A stretch of DNA of 63,733 nt, counting the filler, from Octopus bimaculoides (taxonomy: Eukaryota): the NCBI RefSeq assembly GCF_001194135.2. It is 5 parts of 5 records of this genome, joined end to end, with 100 filler letters (N's around TTAATTAATTAA, not from the genome) between each part and the next. Parts side by side here need not be neighbours in the genome. Positions count along the whole stretch, not along the records: positions 1 to 19,223 come from NC_068991.1; positions 19,324 to 45,643 come from NC_068981.1; 3 more parts are not named here. One strand, 5' to 3'. Position 1 is the stretch's first letter; the number at the start of each line of letters is the position of its first letter. The position numbers and the translations under genes were made by a program. Below are positions 13,625-27,049 of the stretch, one piece after another. The notes beneath the pieces were generated by a model, which searched no databases, was not told where the DNA came from, and was given only the letters and a program-made list of their open reading frames with translations.

Positions 13625-14855
13625 ATGATGATGGTCGTCCACTCGTGACCGAGGAAGACCGTTGCTGACCTTCAGGAACATTGTGCGCTCTAGGACTAAC
13701 TTATATTTCGCATTTGCAGCTCCGTTGGTAGCTAATGAGCCCTGCTCTTGACCAGCATACACGACTGCAAATATTGCAGACCAAGGTTTCCCCATTCACT
13801 ATACGAGCCGTGCGCTTTCGTGCAGCTCGCTTAAGTTCTTCATGCTGGATACGTGCTCTCTCAAAAGTGTCGATCCCCTCCTTAACCTGCTTCCTCCATC
13901 TGTGGTGATGATAGGCATTGTTCTCCAGTCAGTGTCCTGCATATCACAGGCCTTTAATGAGAACTTGACACAGTCCTTAAATCGCAGCCTTGGTTTCTGT
14001 CGGAGTCTCTTTCCATCCACAAGTCTCCATATAGCATCTGGTTAGGAATCCTGCTATCCTTCATTCTAATAACGTGTCCAGTCCAACGTAACCGGTGCTT
14101 GTGCACCATCGCCTCAATATTCCTTTCCTCAGGACCTGTGTATCTGGAGTTTTTAAGGTCCAGCCAACATTCTGAATGTCCCTGAGACATCTCTGATGAA
14201 AGTGTTCAAGGACCCTTACCTGACGTTTCTACAGAGTCCATGTCTCACATGAGTAAAAGAGCGATGTCAGTACACAAGCACAGTACACAGCAATTTTTGT
14301 TTGCTTTGTGATGCCATGCTGGGACCAGACACAAGACTGAAGAGATATTTCCTCATCTAGGGACCAAGAACGGCTGAGTGTGCTGCCCAGGTAGACAGAC
14401 TTGTCTGCCACTTTCATAATTGCTCCTTCGACCAAGATAGCTGATTCCACATATGGATTTCCTGGTGCAGGGTGGAACATTACAACAGTCTTGTCCAGGA
14501 TAATGCTGAGTCCAAATGCCTGGCAAAAAGCAGAAATACGAGTCATAAATATTTTCATGTCATCCACTGTATGAGTGACTAAGTCACAGTCATCTGCATA
14601 AAGGAGGTCACGAATAAGAGACTGGAAAACTTTTGAATTGGCAGCAAATTGGTGCAGATTAAAGAGGCGGCCAGAAGATCGATACTTGACATATATTTCC
14701 AGAGAGTTAACCTTAGCAAAAGCATGAGTCAAAGTAGCAGCAAAGTTCAAATAAAAGAGAGTTGTGGCAAGGATGTCACCCTGCTTGACACTATTCTCTA
14801 CAGGAATGGGTCCTGCCATGCCATCACCAATATTGACCCAAGCCTCCATGCCATA
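13625..14855 (-). mobile_element. 5'-truncated, frameshifted RTE-clade LINE (RT domain to C-terminus)
   Basis: VKQGDILATTLF...LLYADDC...GLSIILDKTVVM...YLGSTLS...SCETWTL...RLRWTGHVIRM...KPRLRFKDCVK spread over ORFs 14229-14849, 13954-14190 and 13799-14020. Confidence 0.95.
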
Positions 14856-15477
14856 AAGAAATGATTTAATTATATTGGATTGGCAACTAAGATCCCGCCA
14901 TTTTTTTAAAAAATTTAATTTTTTTAAAAGGTTTAATAAAAACTAACAACTAATTAATCAATAATGTATTCACCCTTATTGTTTTCAACTTCTTCCCATT
15001 ATGATGGGCTTCGAAACACTTTCTGCATACCAATTCTCTCACGAATCCACATTGGTCAATCTGGGGCTATAACAGCAGACACTTGCCGAAGGTACCACGC
15101 AGTAGGACTGAACCTGATACCACGGGGTTCCAATGTGATCATCTTAACCAAATAGCTATGACTGCACATACTTATTACTTTCTTTTTGTTGACTTTAACT
15201 TCCGAGTTTCCTCCCTTGCACATATTTGTAAAAGTTTTCATTTAAGATAATGAACCTTTTCCTTTCATCATGGGGCACAATTCCAATTGATTTAAGATAT
15301 TCTACGCGTGTTACCTCACGCTACACACGCATTCACATACGCACACACACATGCACACATTTACGCAAATGCATACATGCAAAGATAAATTCGCACATAT
15401 TTATATACACACACACATATACATATATGTATATGCATACATAAACACATACATATGTACATATGTTTGTATATATT

Positions 15478-15517
<40 letters not shown>

Positions 15518-16158
15518 NNNNNNNNNNNNNNNNNNNNNNNNNNNNNNNNNNNNNNNNNNNNNNNNNNNNNNNNNNNNNNNNNNNNNNNNNNNNNNNNNNN
15601 NNNNNNNNNNNNNNNNNNNNNNNNNNNNNNNNNNNNNNNNNNNNNNNNNNNNNNNNNNNNNNNNNNNNNNNNNNNNNNNNNNNNNNNNNNNNNNNNNNNN
15701 NNNNNNNNNNNNNNNNNNNNNNNNNNNNNNNNNNNNNNNNNNNNNNNNNNNNNNNNNNNNNNNNNNNNNNNNNNNNNNNNNNNNNNNNNNNNNNNNNNNN
15801 NNNNNNNNNNNNNNNNNNNNNNNNNNNNNNNNNNNNNNNNNNNNNNNNNNNNNNNNNNNNNNNNNNNNNNNNNNNNNNNNNNNNNNNNNNNNNNNNNNNN
15901 NNNNNNNNNNNNNNNNNNNNNNNNNNNNNNNNNNNNNNNNNNNNNNNNNNNNNNNNNNNNNNNNNNNNNNNNNNNNNNNNNNNNNNNNNNNNNNNNNNNN
16001 NNNNNNNNNNNNNNNNNNNNNNNNNNNNNNNNNNNNNNNNNNNNNNNNNNNNNNNNNNNNNNNNNNNNNNNNNNNNNNNNNNNNNNNNNNNNNNNNNNNN
16101 NNNNNNNNNNNNNNNNNNNNNNNNNNNNNNNNNNNNNNNNNNNNNNNNNNNNNNNNNN

Positions 16159-16217
<59 letters not shown>

Positions 16218-16508
16218 AACATATGTATGTATATCTATATTTATATATCGATGTATGCATATATATATACTCACATTTAATTATAAATGCGTATAAAGTA
16301 AGTCTATAAGAATATTGTCTTGGTGGTAGTAGTAGTAGTAGTAGTAGTAAAAATTCGGTCGGTCAGATGATGTCAGACGTGAGGCTGCTGACGCGGGCGT
16401 TCGACGATTGCCAACGTTCAGTGAGAAATCGGCCCACGATATGGATTCGCCTATCTCAGCCTTGCACACAACTCGAAAGAACAACAGCAGTATCATCACC
16501 AGCATCAT

Positions 16509-16540
<32 letters not shown>

Positions 16541-17553
16541 ACAGCTGCAGTGTCATCCTAGTCGATAATACAGGTAGGTAAGCCCATATAAATATTAATA
16601 TAAATATAAATAAATATATATATATATATATANNNNNNNNNNNNNNNNNNNNNNNNNNNNNNNNNNNNNNNNNNNNNNNNNNNNNNNNNNNNNNNNNNNN
16701 NNNNNNNNNNNNNNNNNNNNNNNNNNNNNNNNNNNNNNNNNNNNNNNNNNNNNNNNNNNNNNNNNNNNNNNNNNNNNNNNNNNNNNNNNNNNNNNNNNNN
16801 NNNNNNNNNNNNNNNNNNNNNNNNNNNNNNNNNNNNNNNNNNNNNNNNNNNNNNNNNNNNNNNNNNNNNNNNNNNNNNNNNNNNNNNNNNNNNNNNNNNN
16901 NNNNNNNNNNNNNNNNNNNNNNNNNNNNNNNNNNNNNNNNNNNNNNNNNNNNNNNNNNNNNNNNNNNNNNNNNNNNNNNNNNNNNNNNNNNNNNNNNNNN
17001 NNNNNNNNNNNNNNNNNNNNNNNNNNNNNNNNNNNNNNNNNNNNNNNNNNNNNNNNNNNNNNNNNNNNNNNNNNNNNNNNNNNNNNNNNNNNNNNNNNNN
17101 NNNNNNNNNNNNNNNNNNNNNNNNNNNNNNNNNNNNNNNNNNNNNNNNNNNNNNNNNNNNNNNNNNNNNNNNNNNNNNNNNNNNNNNNNNNNNNNNNNNN
17201 NNNNNNNNNNNNNNNNNNNNNNNNNNNNNNNNNNNNNNNNNNNNNNNNNNNNNNNNNNNNNNNNNNNNNNNNNNNNNNNNNNNNNNNNNNNNNNNNNNNN
17301 NNNNNNNNNNNNNNNNNNNNNNNNNNNNNNNNNNNNNNNNNNNNNNNNNNNNNNNNNNNNNNNNNNNNNNNNNNNNNNNNNNNNNNNNNNNNNNNNNNNN
17401 NNNNNNNNNNNNNNNNNNNNNNNNNNNNNNNNNNNNNNNNNNNNNNNNNNNNNNNNNNNNNNNNNNNNNNNNNNNNNNNNNNNNNNNNNNNNNNNNNNNN
17501 CACATATATGTATGTGTGTGTGTGTGTAGATAGATTGATAGGTATGCACACAT

Positions 17554-17592
<39 letters not shown>

Positions 17593-17954
17593 CACACACA
17601 CACACACACGCACACACACGCATAGAGAAATTCACATACAGATGCGCCGATACAGCAATTGACACACACTCAAGCACACCGACGTTCACCTTTGCCTGAG
17701 AAGCTGCACATACCACACAAGCACTCGCCCTCGCACCCGCCCGTGCACTCACCCACGTCGAACACGTGCACACGCGCGCAGCCGGAGTCACACATCTGCG
17801 CACACTGCCACAAAGAGTCACAAGTGACTGTAGAGCAGATACACGCGGCCATTCGCATACAGCACAAACACGAATACAAGTATAGTGAAGGACACACACA
17901 CACACACACACAGAGCTCCCCATCCAAATAGTTACATGTGTGTATATGTTTACA

Positions 17955-18710
17955 ACGGCGCGGACGTGGTCTTGTGGTAGGAAGCTTTCTTCCCAACCAC
18001 ATGGTCCCGGGTTCAGTCCCACTACGTGGTACCTTGGTTAAGTGTCTTCTATAGCCTCGGTCGGGTCGAGGCCATAGCAAAGAATACTTGCCCGATGTGT
18101 GAGTGAATATGGTGTAGGGAAACTGAAAGAAGCCCGTCGTATATATTCTTGTATTCGGTTACTTGTTTCAGTAATTTGACTGTAGCCATACTGGAGCACC
18201 GCCTTTAGTCGAATAAGTCACCCTGGACTTATTCTTTATAAACCTACAACTTTTTCTATCGGTCCATTATGCCGAACCGCTAAGTTACAGGGATGTAAAC
18301 ACACCAACATCGGTAGTCAAGCGATAGTGACCGGACAAACACAGACACAAATACATATATACATGCATTCATACATATATGTATATATGTATATATGTAT
18401 ATATATATATATATCCATATACACACACATGCATACATACATGCATACAATACACACACGCGTGTGTTTGTGTGTGTGTTTCTGTATGTGTTTGTACACC
18501 CTCACCTCTTGACACCCGATGTTGGTGTGTTTACGTCTGCAAAACTTAGCGGTTCGGCATAAGTAACCGATAATGTAAATACCAGACATGAATAAAAAAA
18601 TTAAAAAAAAAAGAGTTAAGTACTGAGTTCGATTGGTTTGTGTAAAATTCTCCAGAACGGTACTCCAGCATGGCCTTAGTCTAACGATTGAAACAAGTAA
18701 AAGATAAAAA
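17955..18710. mobile_element. Cluster of three SINE family A pieces: head (+, 17955-18145), tail (-, 18150-18345), tail (+, 18505-18710)
   Basis: family A motifs in alternating orientation. Confidence 0.8.
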
Positions 18711-19223
18711 AAAATATCCATACATACACACATACACACGCACGCACAATACACATGCGCACACATATATATAGACTCACAGAAATACACACATATATAG
18801 ACAATACTGGTACAAACATATATATACACAATACCGTGCACATACCGAGCATACACACACACGCACATACACACACACGCAGGCAAGACATAAGGAGTGA
18901 GTACTTAACGATTAGATCCCATGCAGAGGGGATCCCAGCCTTGCACAAACACATTGTCTTCCAGGATATAAACCCGGAAACGGGACACAATGAAACATAT
19001 TACGCATATTCATATATACAGATTTTATTATAATTTAATGCTATTCTTTTCCAGCGAAAAGCACCGTGAAGGTAGAAATATAATGAGGAAATAGGGGCAC
19101 AACACGGTACCAATTAACACATCCTTGCCTCGATACGTTCAGTGAAGCTTTACATAGCGTCGTACGGTTATCGACTGCTATTTCCAGCAAAAATTGGTGC
19201 CTTGTGCCGCTATTTCCTATATA

Positions 19224-19323
19224 NNNNNNNNNNNNNNNNNNNNNNNNNNNNNNNNNNNNNNNNNNNNTTAATTAATTAANNNNNNNNNNNNNNNNNNNNN
19301 NNNNNNNNNNNNNNNNNNNNNNN
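19224..19323. other. Artificial scaffold linker N44-TTAATTAATTAA-N44
   Basis: exactly 100 bp; six-frame stop linker. Confidence 0.95.
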
Positions 19324-20075
19324 AGCAAACTGCCTTTCCTTCCCGGCCAAAGGAAGGTGGCGGGGTGATCTTCACGATGGACTCGGCTGATAAACGGATC
19401 CGTCCTACACGTGATAACAGCTGTTCGACAAAGCTCCATAAGTCAGTAATGCTTGGACATTGGACGAGTGCATGCAGGACGGTTTTGTCGCCCTGTGCAC
19501 ACCTCGGACAGGTCAGTCTGACAGCACTTCCATCTCTGTAGAGCTTGTCTCGAACCGGCAGAGCTCCCCTGTAGCACTGCCAGGCCAGGGATTTCTGAAA
19601 GTTATCCATAGGCCCTGGCCGCAAAGTCCTCCGGAAAAGGCCAGTTAATTGATCCCTCCCGACGCCAAGAGTTTCCCGAGTACGTCGTCGCTCTTTCCCG
19701 CTACCAATCCACTATAGAACTCCATAGTGGAACTCAACTGCGTTGCCAGACTAGCAGAGAGCTGAGGGTACTTGCCGATACTCCAAGTGTCAAGCACACT
19801 TTCTTGGTCTACACTTGATCCAGGACTGTAGTTCCGTCAATGAGACGAGTAGCGGAAAATCCTGTGTGACAAACGTCGACCACACCTGCTCACCGTTACG
19901 AAAGCGTTGGAGATGTCGCAGTCTCAGCGCGTGTCCGTGCATCATTAGCCACGGCATGCTTAGTCCTAAAAAACCCTTGTTTAGTGCAACTCCAGAAAAC
20001 AGTATTATTAGGGACAACTAGGATATATTCAGGAAGATTCTTGGCATCTAAGGTTACTTGTTGTAACCTGATAAG
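19324..20075 (-). mobile_element. Tx1/L1-clade LINE fragment (post-RT region and zf-RVT zinc finger)
   Basis: QKSLAWQCYRGALPVRDKLYRDGSAVRLTCPRCAQGDKTVLHALVQCP: C-x2-C-x8-H-x4-C; upstream GLSMPWL motif. Confidence 0.9.
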
Positions 20076-20514
20076 AGGGGTTTTTTTCCAACAGTTCAAT
20101 AATAATAATTGTTTCTATTATAAGCACAAGGCCTGAAATTTTAAGGGGTGGGGCTTGTCGCTCACATCGACCCCTGTGCTAAGCTGATATTTATTTTATC
20201 GATCCCGAAAGGATGAGAAACAAAGTCGGAATTTGAACACAGAACATAGAGAGGAAACTCGTGACTGACAGTGACAAACAGACAGACTGACTCAGAGTGG
20301 GCCATTCGTGCTGTTGATGACGTTTATTCAGTCTAATATTGTATATTTTATTCTGAACACTATGTTATAATCTGACGGGTGTTTTCTTTGACGTCCGTGC
20401 CGACCAGTAACTAACAAACACTGGATCGCTAACGCGTGCCCCGGATAAAGAAGGTCAATGGGGATTTGAGAATTTCATTTTAAGTAACCAATATTTTTAC
20501 AAGATACACGGTAG

Positions 20515-20690
20515 GGAGCTGGCAGAGCCATTAGCAAACTGAGCAAAAGGCTCAGCGGTAGCATCTCGTCCGTCGATACGTTCTGAGTTCAAATTCTGCC
20601 GAATTCCACTTTTGCTCTTCATCCCTACGAGGTCGATAAAATGAGTACCAGTAGAGTACTGGGGCAGACGTTATCGACTTATTATGGTCT
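20515..20690 (+). mobile_element. SINE family B (CORE-type) copy
   Basis: gagctggcagag..ttagc...gttctgagttcaaattc...ttcatccctacgaggtcgataaaatgagtaccag (CORE-like segment). Confidence 0.85.
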
Positions 20691-20970
20691 TAGGTCTGCC
20701 CGGTCAGGACTGGCCTGGCTTACACAGCAATAACCACAACAATAGCAACAAGAAGATATTCTTCACTTTTAAGCAGCCGCGATCCTTCTTATCGTTTCGT
20801 GAATGGACAGACGCCAGTCTGTTGACATTGTAAACATTGCGATGAGCAGAGAGTTACAGCTGATTTTCTCACAACTACAGACACAACAACAACAGTAGTA
20901 ATAATAATAATAATAATAATAATAATAGTGACGGAAGTTTGACAAGACACACATCCACACACACAGATGC

Positions 20971-21001
<31 letters not shown>

Positions 21002-21176
21002 AACACATGCAGACACACTTTTTATGCATGCGCGTGTACATGTGCAAGGTCCAAAACTGGAGATTTACACAGGCATACAGAGTCACTTAAAGTATACAAC
21101 AAACTCACATAACATGGCTTCTAAAATGAGCCATGCAAACGTGCTCCAAAGCCACCACTCACTCACACACACACAC

Positions 21177-21220
<44 letters not shown>

Positions 21221-21820
21221 ATGACGTTTATTTACACGGTTTCCAAACAAAAATACGCCAGTATTCACTCAAATACCCAAAAGTGCAAAGTCACACGCAC
21301 ACATTCAGACGACACACGCGTTCACATGCAGCTCTAAATTCATTGGCGCGTGTTCGAGCCGGGCTAAAAGAAATAGCTACTTTGTGACGTGTGCCCTTTT
21401 GTTTTTCTATCAAATTCACTCATCAACTCCACAAGATCCGTCCTCTTCCTCTTCGTTCATGTTTTCAAGTATGATGCACAGAATACGCGTTAAGATGCTT
21501 TTCCACGTTCATTCATATTTGCGAATACACACACACACACACGTGTGCATAATAATGAAATAAGCATAAACGACGTTTCAGTAATTTCACTATTATTTTA
21601 CCAATTGTCTGTTTTTTATTTTTTTTATTTATTTATCCAATTCTTTCTTTTTCTATTCTAATCCTCAAACTCGCTCGCTGTATCTATCTGCCTGCCTGTC
21701 TCTCTCTCTCGTTTTGTCTGTTTGTCCATACATTTATCTATGTTTGTCTGCTTCTCTAGCTGTTTATTTAGCCATCTTTCCTTTCTGTCTGTCTGCCTAT
21801 GTAGCTAACTAACTATCATT

Positions 21821-21867
<47 letters not shown>

Positions 21868-21876
21868 GCCTGTCTG

Positions 21877-21935
<59 letters not shown>

Positions 21936-22659
21936 GGTTGTTTGTATGTCTTGTATGTCTTTTAATCTATCTATCAGTCTATCTATCTGTCTACCTATCT
22001 CTGTGTCTGTCTCTCTAAACGTCTTCTCTGCCTATCTCTATCTCTGTCTAATCCTCTATTTGTCCATACACTTATGTATATCTATAGATCTCTCTCCCTT
22101 TCTTTCCCCTCTTTCTTTCCCCCTTCTCTCTCTATTTATCTACCTGTCATCTCTCCATCGATCTACTTTCACGCGCTAGTGTTTCATACACCAAAATAGC
22201 AAAAGGCTTCAATAAACAATGGCAATTGTCACCGAAAGAGCTCTAGTAACGAGTCATCGGCACCATTGTGAATGGCTGCATGTCTTTCAACCACTTCCTT
22301 TAGTGGCCTACACTTCGAATAAGGAGAAAGAAAAACAAGTTTCACATGAACAAACTAAATCTGACTACAATTTGAAACCAATAACTTTCGTTCCAATTGC
22401 TTTAAGAAAACAAAAAAGGAAAAAGAGACTTCATCTTCGATGGCTATAATATCGACTTTTGTTCCAACAGTTATAATACAAGATTTTAGTTCTAAAGAAT
22501 TAGACTCTGACAGGAAGTCGTTTGGGATAAAACCGTAGTTTTAAAACCGGAAGTTCAAAGTATTCGCCAAGTGGAATCTGTCTTCCGGTTTAACACCAAA
22601 CTGTCATTCACGGCAAATAGAAAGTAAATTATCCTTTCTACAATAGACAGGCACACGTC

Positions 22660-23340
22660 CTGGATTTTGTGGGGAAGGGGACAGTCGATCGCATCAACTC
22701 CAGTACTCAACTGGTACATAGTTTGTCGACCCCGAAAGGATAAAAAGCAGATTTGACCTCGAAGGAATTTGAACTCAGAATGTAGCGACGGACGAAATAC
22801 CACTAAGCATTTCGCCCGGTGCTCTAACGATTCTGTCTTCTTTTTTATCAGTTTCAGCTGAAAGCTGTGGCCATGCTGGGGCACAGAAAATAAATAATCC
22901 TTTCTACTGGAGGCACAAGGCCTCAGATTTGTGAGGAGGGGACTAGTCGATTACATCGACTCCAGTGCGTAACTGGTACTTAATTTATCGACCCCGAAAT
23001 GATGAAATGCAAAGTTGACCTCAGTGGAATTTGAACTCAGAACGTAGCGACGGAGGAAATGCCGCTAAGCGTTTCGCCCGGTGTGCTAACGATTCTGCCG
23101 GCTCATCGCCTTATAAGCAGAAAATAAAGAATGAAAATACAAAAAATAATCGCAATATATAGGCGCAGGCATCTTGTCTTCCACTACGTCCTGAGTTCAA
23201 ATTCCGCCGAGGTCGACTTTGCCTTTCATCCTTTCGGGGTCGATAAATTAAGTACCAGTTACACATTGGGGTCGATTTAATCGATTGGCCTCCCTCCCCC
23301 CAAATTTCAGACCTTGTGCCTAGAGTAGAAAAGAATATAT
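22660..23340. mobile_element. Three SINE family B copies: (-) 22660-22835, (-) 22895-23112, (+) 23184-23340
   Basis: shared CORE-like motif tttcatcctttcggggtcgataaattaagtaccag or its reverse complement. Confidence 0.9.
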
Positions 23341-23989
23341 AGGCGTAGGCACGAATACGTGGTTAAGAAGGTCGATTTGAGACCACGTGGTTTGAGACCA
23401 CGTGGTTCAGTCCACCACCCAACACCAACACGACTAATACTACCACCACCCCCACCATCTCCACTAACACCACTGCTACTACCACAACTACTACTACTAC
23501 CACTACCACTATCACTACTACTACCATCACCACCACCACCACCACCACTAATACTACTACCACTACCACCACCACTACTACGACCACTACCACCACTACT
23601 ACTACTACTACTACTACTGCATTCGCAGCCATTGTTTTCCTTTAAGAAGCTCCATGTTTCTTTTTTGTTTCCTATGTTTGTGTTTGTACTGTCGCTGTGG
23701 ATGTTGTTGTTGATGTTGTTGTTGTTGTTCCAAAGAGGAATTTCAATGGAAATTACATTTGCATAAAATTATTTTCAATATCTTCATCTCTTGAAAGCCA
23801 AAAATGCATCAACACCAACAACACCACCACCAACAACAACAACAGAGAAAGCTGCAAATGGCGGAGAAATGGATCGGCGGACGAGAAAAGCTGTCAAAGA
23901 AACACTTAAAACAACTCTTTCCTTTTTTGGGGTTTTTTTTGGTTTTCTTTTCTCGATTTCTTTTTATGGAATTGTTAAGTCTTTGTTCA

Positions 23990-24015
23990 TGGTGTCGCTG
24001 TTGTTGTTCTTTTCG

Positions 24016-24073
<58 letters not shown>

Positions 24074-24127
24074 CATTATTACCGTTGTTGCTACTATTGT
24101 TCCCGATGCTATTGTTGTTGCTGCTGC

Positions 24128-24161
<34 letters not shown>

Positions 24162-24420
24162 GCTGGTGTTATGATGGTCGTGGTGGTGGTGGTGGTGGTG
24201 ATGGTTGTTATTGCTGTTGTTGTTAATATTGTTGCTGCTAATGGTGTTGTTGATAATGTTGTTGTTGTTGTTGGTATTATCATCGATACCGTTGCTGCTG
24301 CTGCTGCTGCTATTGTTATTGCTAGTGTTACCATTGTTGTTGTTGTTGTTGTTCTTCTTCTTCTTCTTCTTCTTCTTCTTCTTCTTCTTCTTCCTGCTAA
24401 TGTTGTTGTTCTTGGCATTG
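23990..24420. repeat. Compound trinucleotide mosaic (TTA)n-(TGT/TGC)n-(TGG)n-(TTC)n
   Basis: direct reading. Confidence 0.95.
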
Positions 24421-24489
24421 TTATTTTTTTTAAAAATCTGTGACCAACACAAAAAATAAATTCACAAATTTACAAGTGGGTCACTTCAC

Positions 24490-24790
24490 TTGAGTCTCTC
24501 TCTCTCTCTCTTTTCCTCTCTCTCTCTCTATCCCTCTCTCTCTCTCTCTTCTCTATCTTCCTCTCTCTCCTCTATCTCTCTCTCTTTCTCTCCGTTTCTT
24601 CCTCTCTCCCTCTCTCTCTCTCTGTGTCTTACTCTCTCTTTCTCTGTCTTCCTCTCCCATGTCTCTCTCTCTTCCTCTCTCTCCTCTATCTCTCTCTCTT
24701 TCTCCGTTTCTTCCTCCCTCCCTTTCTCTCTCTGTCTTCCTCTCTCTTTCTCTGTCTTCCTCTCCCCATCTCTCTCTCAGCCTATCTCTC
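24490..24790. repeat. (CT)n-rich polypyrimidine tract with internal duplication
   Basis: direct reading. Confidence 0.9.
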
Positions 24791-24935
24791 ACGTGACCAC
24801 TTGCTTATTCCTGAAAAATGTTAAGGTTTTCATATATTTCGGCAAAGCTAAAATACAGAATTAACAGCGACCGAAGCAGTATTAATATAAAACAGTAATC
24901 TTGATCTCCAACTTAACGTGGTTGTTGTACTAGAA

Positions 24936-25200
24936 CAATAATTCCCAAACTTTTCCAAGCTGCCGCCCCTTGGCACCCAGGCCAAATTCCTAGCGCCCCT
25001 ACAACACCCTCCCCACCACAAATATAAACCACTTTCTGCAGCAAATTCAAACCAACTGTATTTCACATATAAAACTAAAACCCAATTAACCTATTAATAT
25101 GCTTTTCCTTACAACTATCACCCCATTTCAGCCACCCCATTATCATCCCACATTTTTTCAACGCCCCGCTGGATCTTTCTACCCAGTTTGGGAACCACTG
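24936..25200. mobile_element. hAT (Charlie-type) MITE
   Basis: TIRs caataattcccaaac / gtttgggaaccactg (12/15); 8-bp flanks tactagaa / tgttagaa resemble the NNCTAGAN Charlie target. Confidence 0.6.
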
Positions 25201-25429
25201 TGTTAGAACACGGAATACTGCATTATTTACTTTGAGAGAATCTCTCATAAGGATTTCGTCGTGTATATAAGCACGTGTTAATAATGATGGGGGGGATGAG
25301 GATGATGATGATGGTGATGATGATGGTGATGATGATGATGATGGTGGCAGTGGTGGTGGTGGTGATGGTGTTAGTGGTGGGGATGAGGATGATGATGGAT
25401 TGATACTGTTTGGATTTACTTAAACTTAG

Positions 25430-25715
25430 ATGCTCCCACACGAGGCTGTTAAAGTACTCCAGAAGGGCCGGTCAGCAACGACCCTCAGTGCATCGTTTCG
25501 TCGTAGTTTTACCAGCTGGAGGTCTCTATCGAACATTTGATGCCGGTTCGTCTTGCGACATGCCCTGCTCCGTTGCCATTTGAGGGTTCCAGTTGAAAAC
25601 TTGGTTGGCGAGTCTATTTATCGGGCGTCTTACGACATATCCCAACCAACACAGACGGCGCTTGCAGGATAGGGTGAATACTAGAGGAGACCCTAGAAAG
25701 GGTCATTAGTGACTG
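25430..25715 (-). mobile_element. RTE LINE 3' fragment
   Basis: minus strand KRRLCWLGYVVRRPINRLANQVFNWNP. Confidence 0.75.
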
Positions 25716-25779
25716 TTGTCTTTTTTCCCTTCCCGTGACTAAGACACAGCTTCGAGAAGGAAACAATAATGTATAAATT

Positions 25780-26850
25780 ATTTTCTACTTTAGGCACAAG
25801 ACCCGAAATGTCTTTGGAGGGGGCCAGTCGATTAGATCGATTCCAGTACACAACTGGTACTTAATTTGTCGACCCCTGAAATGATGAGAGGCAAAGTCGA
25901 CCTCGGCGGAATTTGAACTCCGCATGTAAAGACAGACAAAATACTGCTAAGCATTTCGCCCGACGAGCTAACGTTTCTTATTTCTTTACTGCCCACAAGG
26001 GGCTAAACATAGAGGTGACAAACAATGACAGACAGACGAATTAAGTCGATTACATTGACCCCAGTGCATAACTGGTACTTAATTTATCAACCCCAAAAGG
26101 ATGAAAGGCAAAAGTCGACCTCGGCGGAATTTGAACTCAGAGCATAAAGACAGGCGATATACCGCTAAGCATTTCGCCCGGCGTGCTAACAATTCTGCCA
26201 GCTCGCCGCCTTGAGAAGGTAGCAATAATGTATAAATTAAATTATAGAAGAATCGGCATTGGAAACTTTTGGAGAGGAATTCTTTAAGATGAAATATTTC
26301 CTAAATTCAGTTGTAAATCAATTTTCTTATTTTTGTCGTGGGTGTTCCTCGTTTGCTAAAATTTGAGACTTGTTGATTGATACAGCTTCCAAAATATTTA
26401 ACAAGAGATATAAGAATGTAATAGTAGCTAGAGGTGGTGGTGATGGTGGTAGTAACGCTTGTGGTGGTAGTAGTTTTGATGGCGGTGGAGGTGAAGTGAT
26501 GATGGTGACGGTCGGTGAGAGCGTGCGAATGTAGGTTGGGGAAAAAAAACCAGAGTAGAATTATATTAGGGCGGCCAGCGCGACTTCAAGGAACTGATAA
26601 TAACTGACAAATATTTGCAAAGGTTTCGTATATTCTTTTCTACTCTAGGCACAAGGCCCGAAATTTTTGGGGAGGGAGCAAGTCAATTAGATCGACCTCA
26701 GTACGCAACTGGTACTTAGTTTATCGACCTCGAAAGGATGAAAGGCAAAGTGGACTCCGGCGGGATTTGAACTCAGAACGTAAAGACAGATGAAATACCG
26801 CTAAGCATTTCGCCCGGCGTGCCAACGTTTCTGCCAGCTCACCCCGCCTT
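25780..26850 (-). mobile_element. Three same-orientation SINE family B copies (25780-25980, 25980-26212, 26632-26850)
   Basis: each has caactggtactta...atcgacc...gatgaaaggcaaagtcgacctcggcggaatttgaactc...taagcatttcgcccg. Confidence 0.9.
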
Positions 26851-26941
26851 AAAGGTTTCGTACGTTTACGCCATTTTTCCTTTAGCAACGCTCATAAGAT
26901 TGTAGACGTTATAATTGCTGTTGTTGCGTTTGTAGGTGAGG

Positions 26942-26976
<35 letters not shown>

Positions 26977-27049
26977 CTTCTTCTTCTTCTTCTTCTTCTT
27001 CTTCTTCTTCTTCTTCTTCTCGCTTGGTGTCACCAGTTTCTGTTGATTG

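Noticed and set aside
19268-19279. TTAATTAATTAA palindrome recurring four times
   Set aside because: Artificial six-frame-stop linker, always centred in 44+44 N
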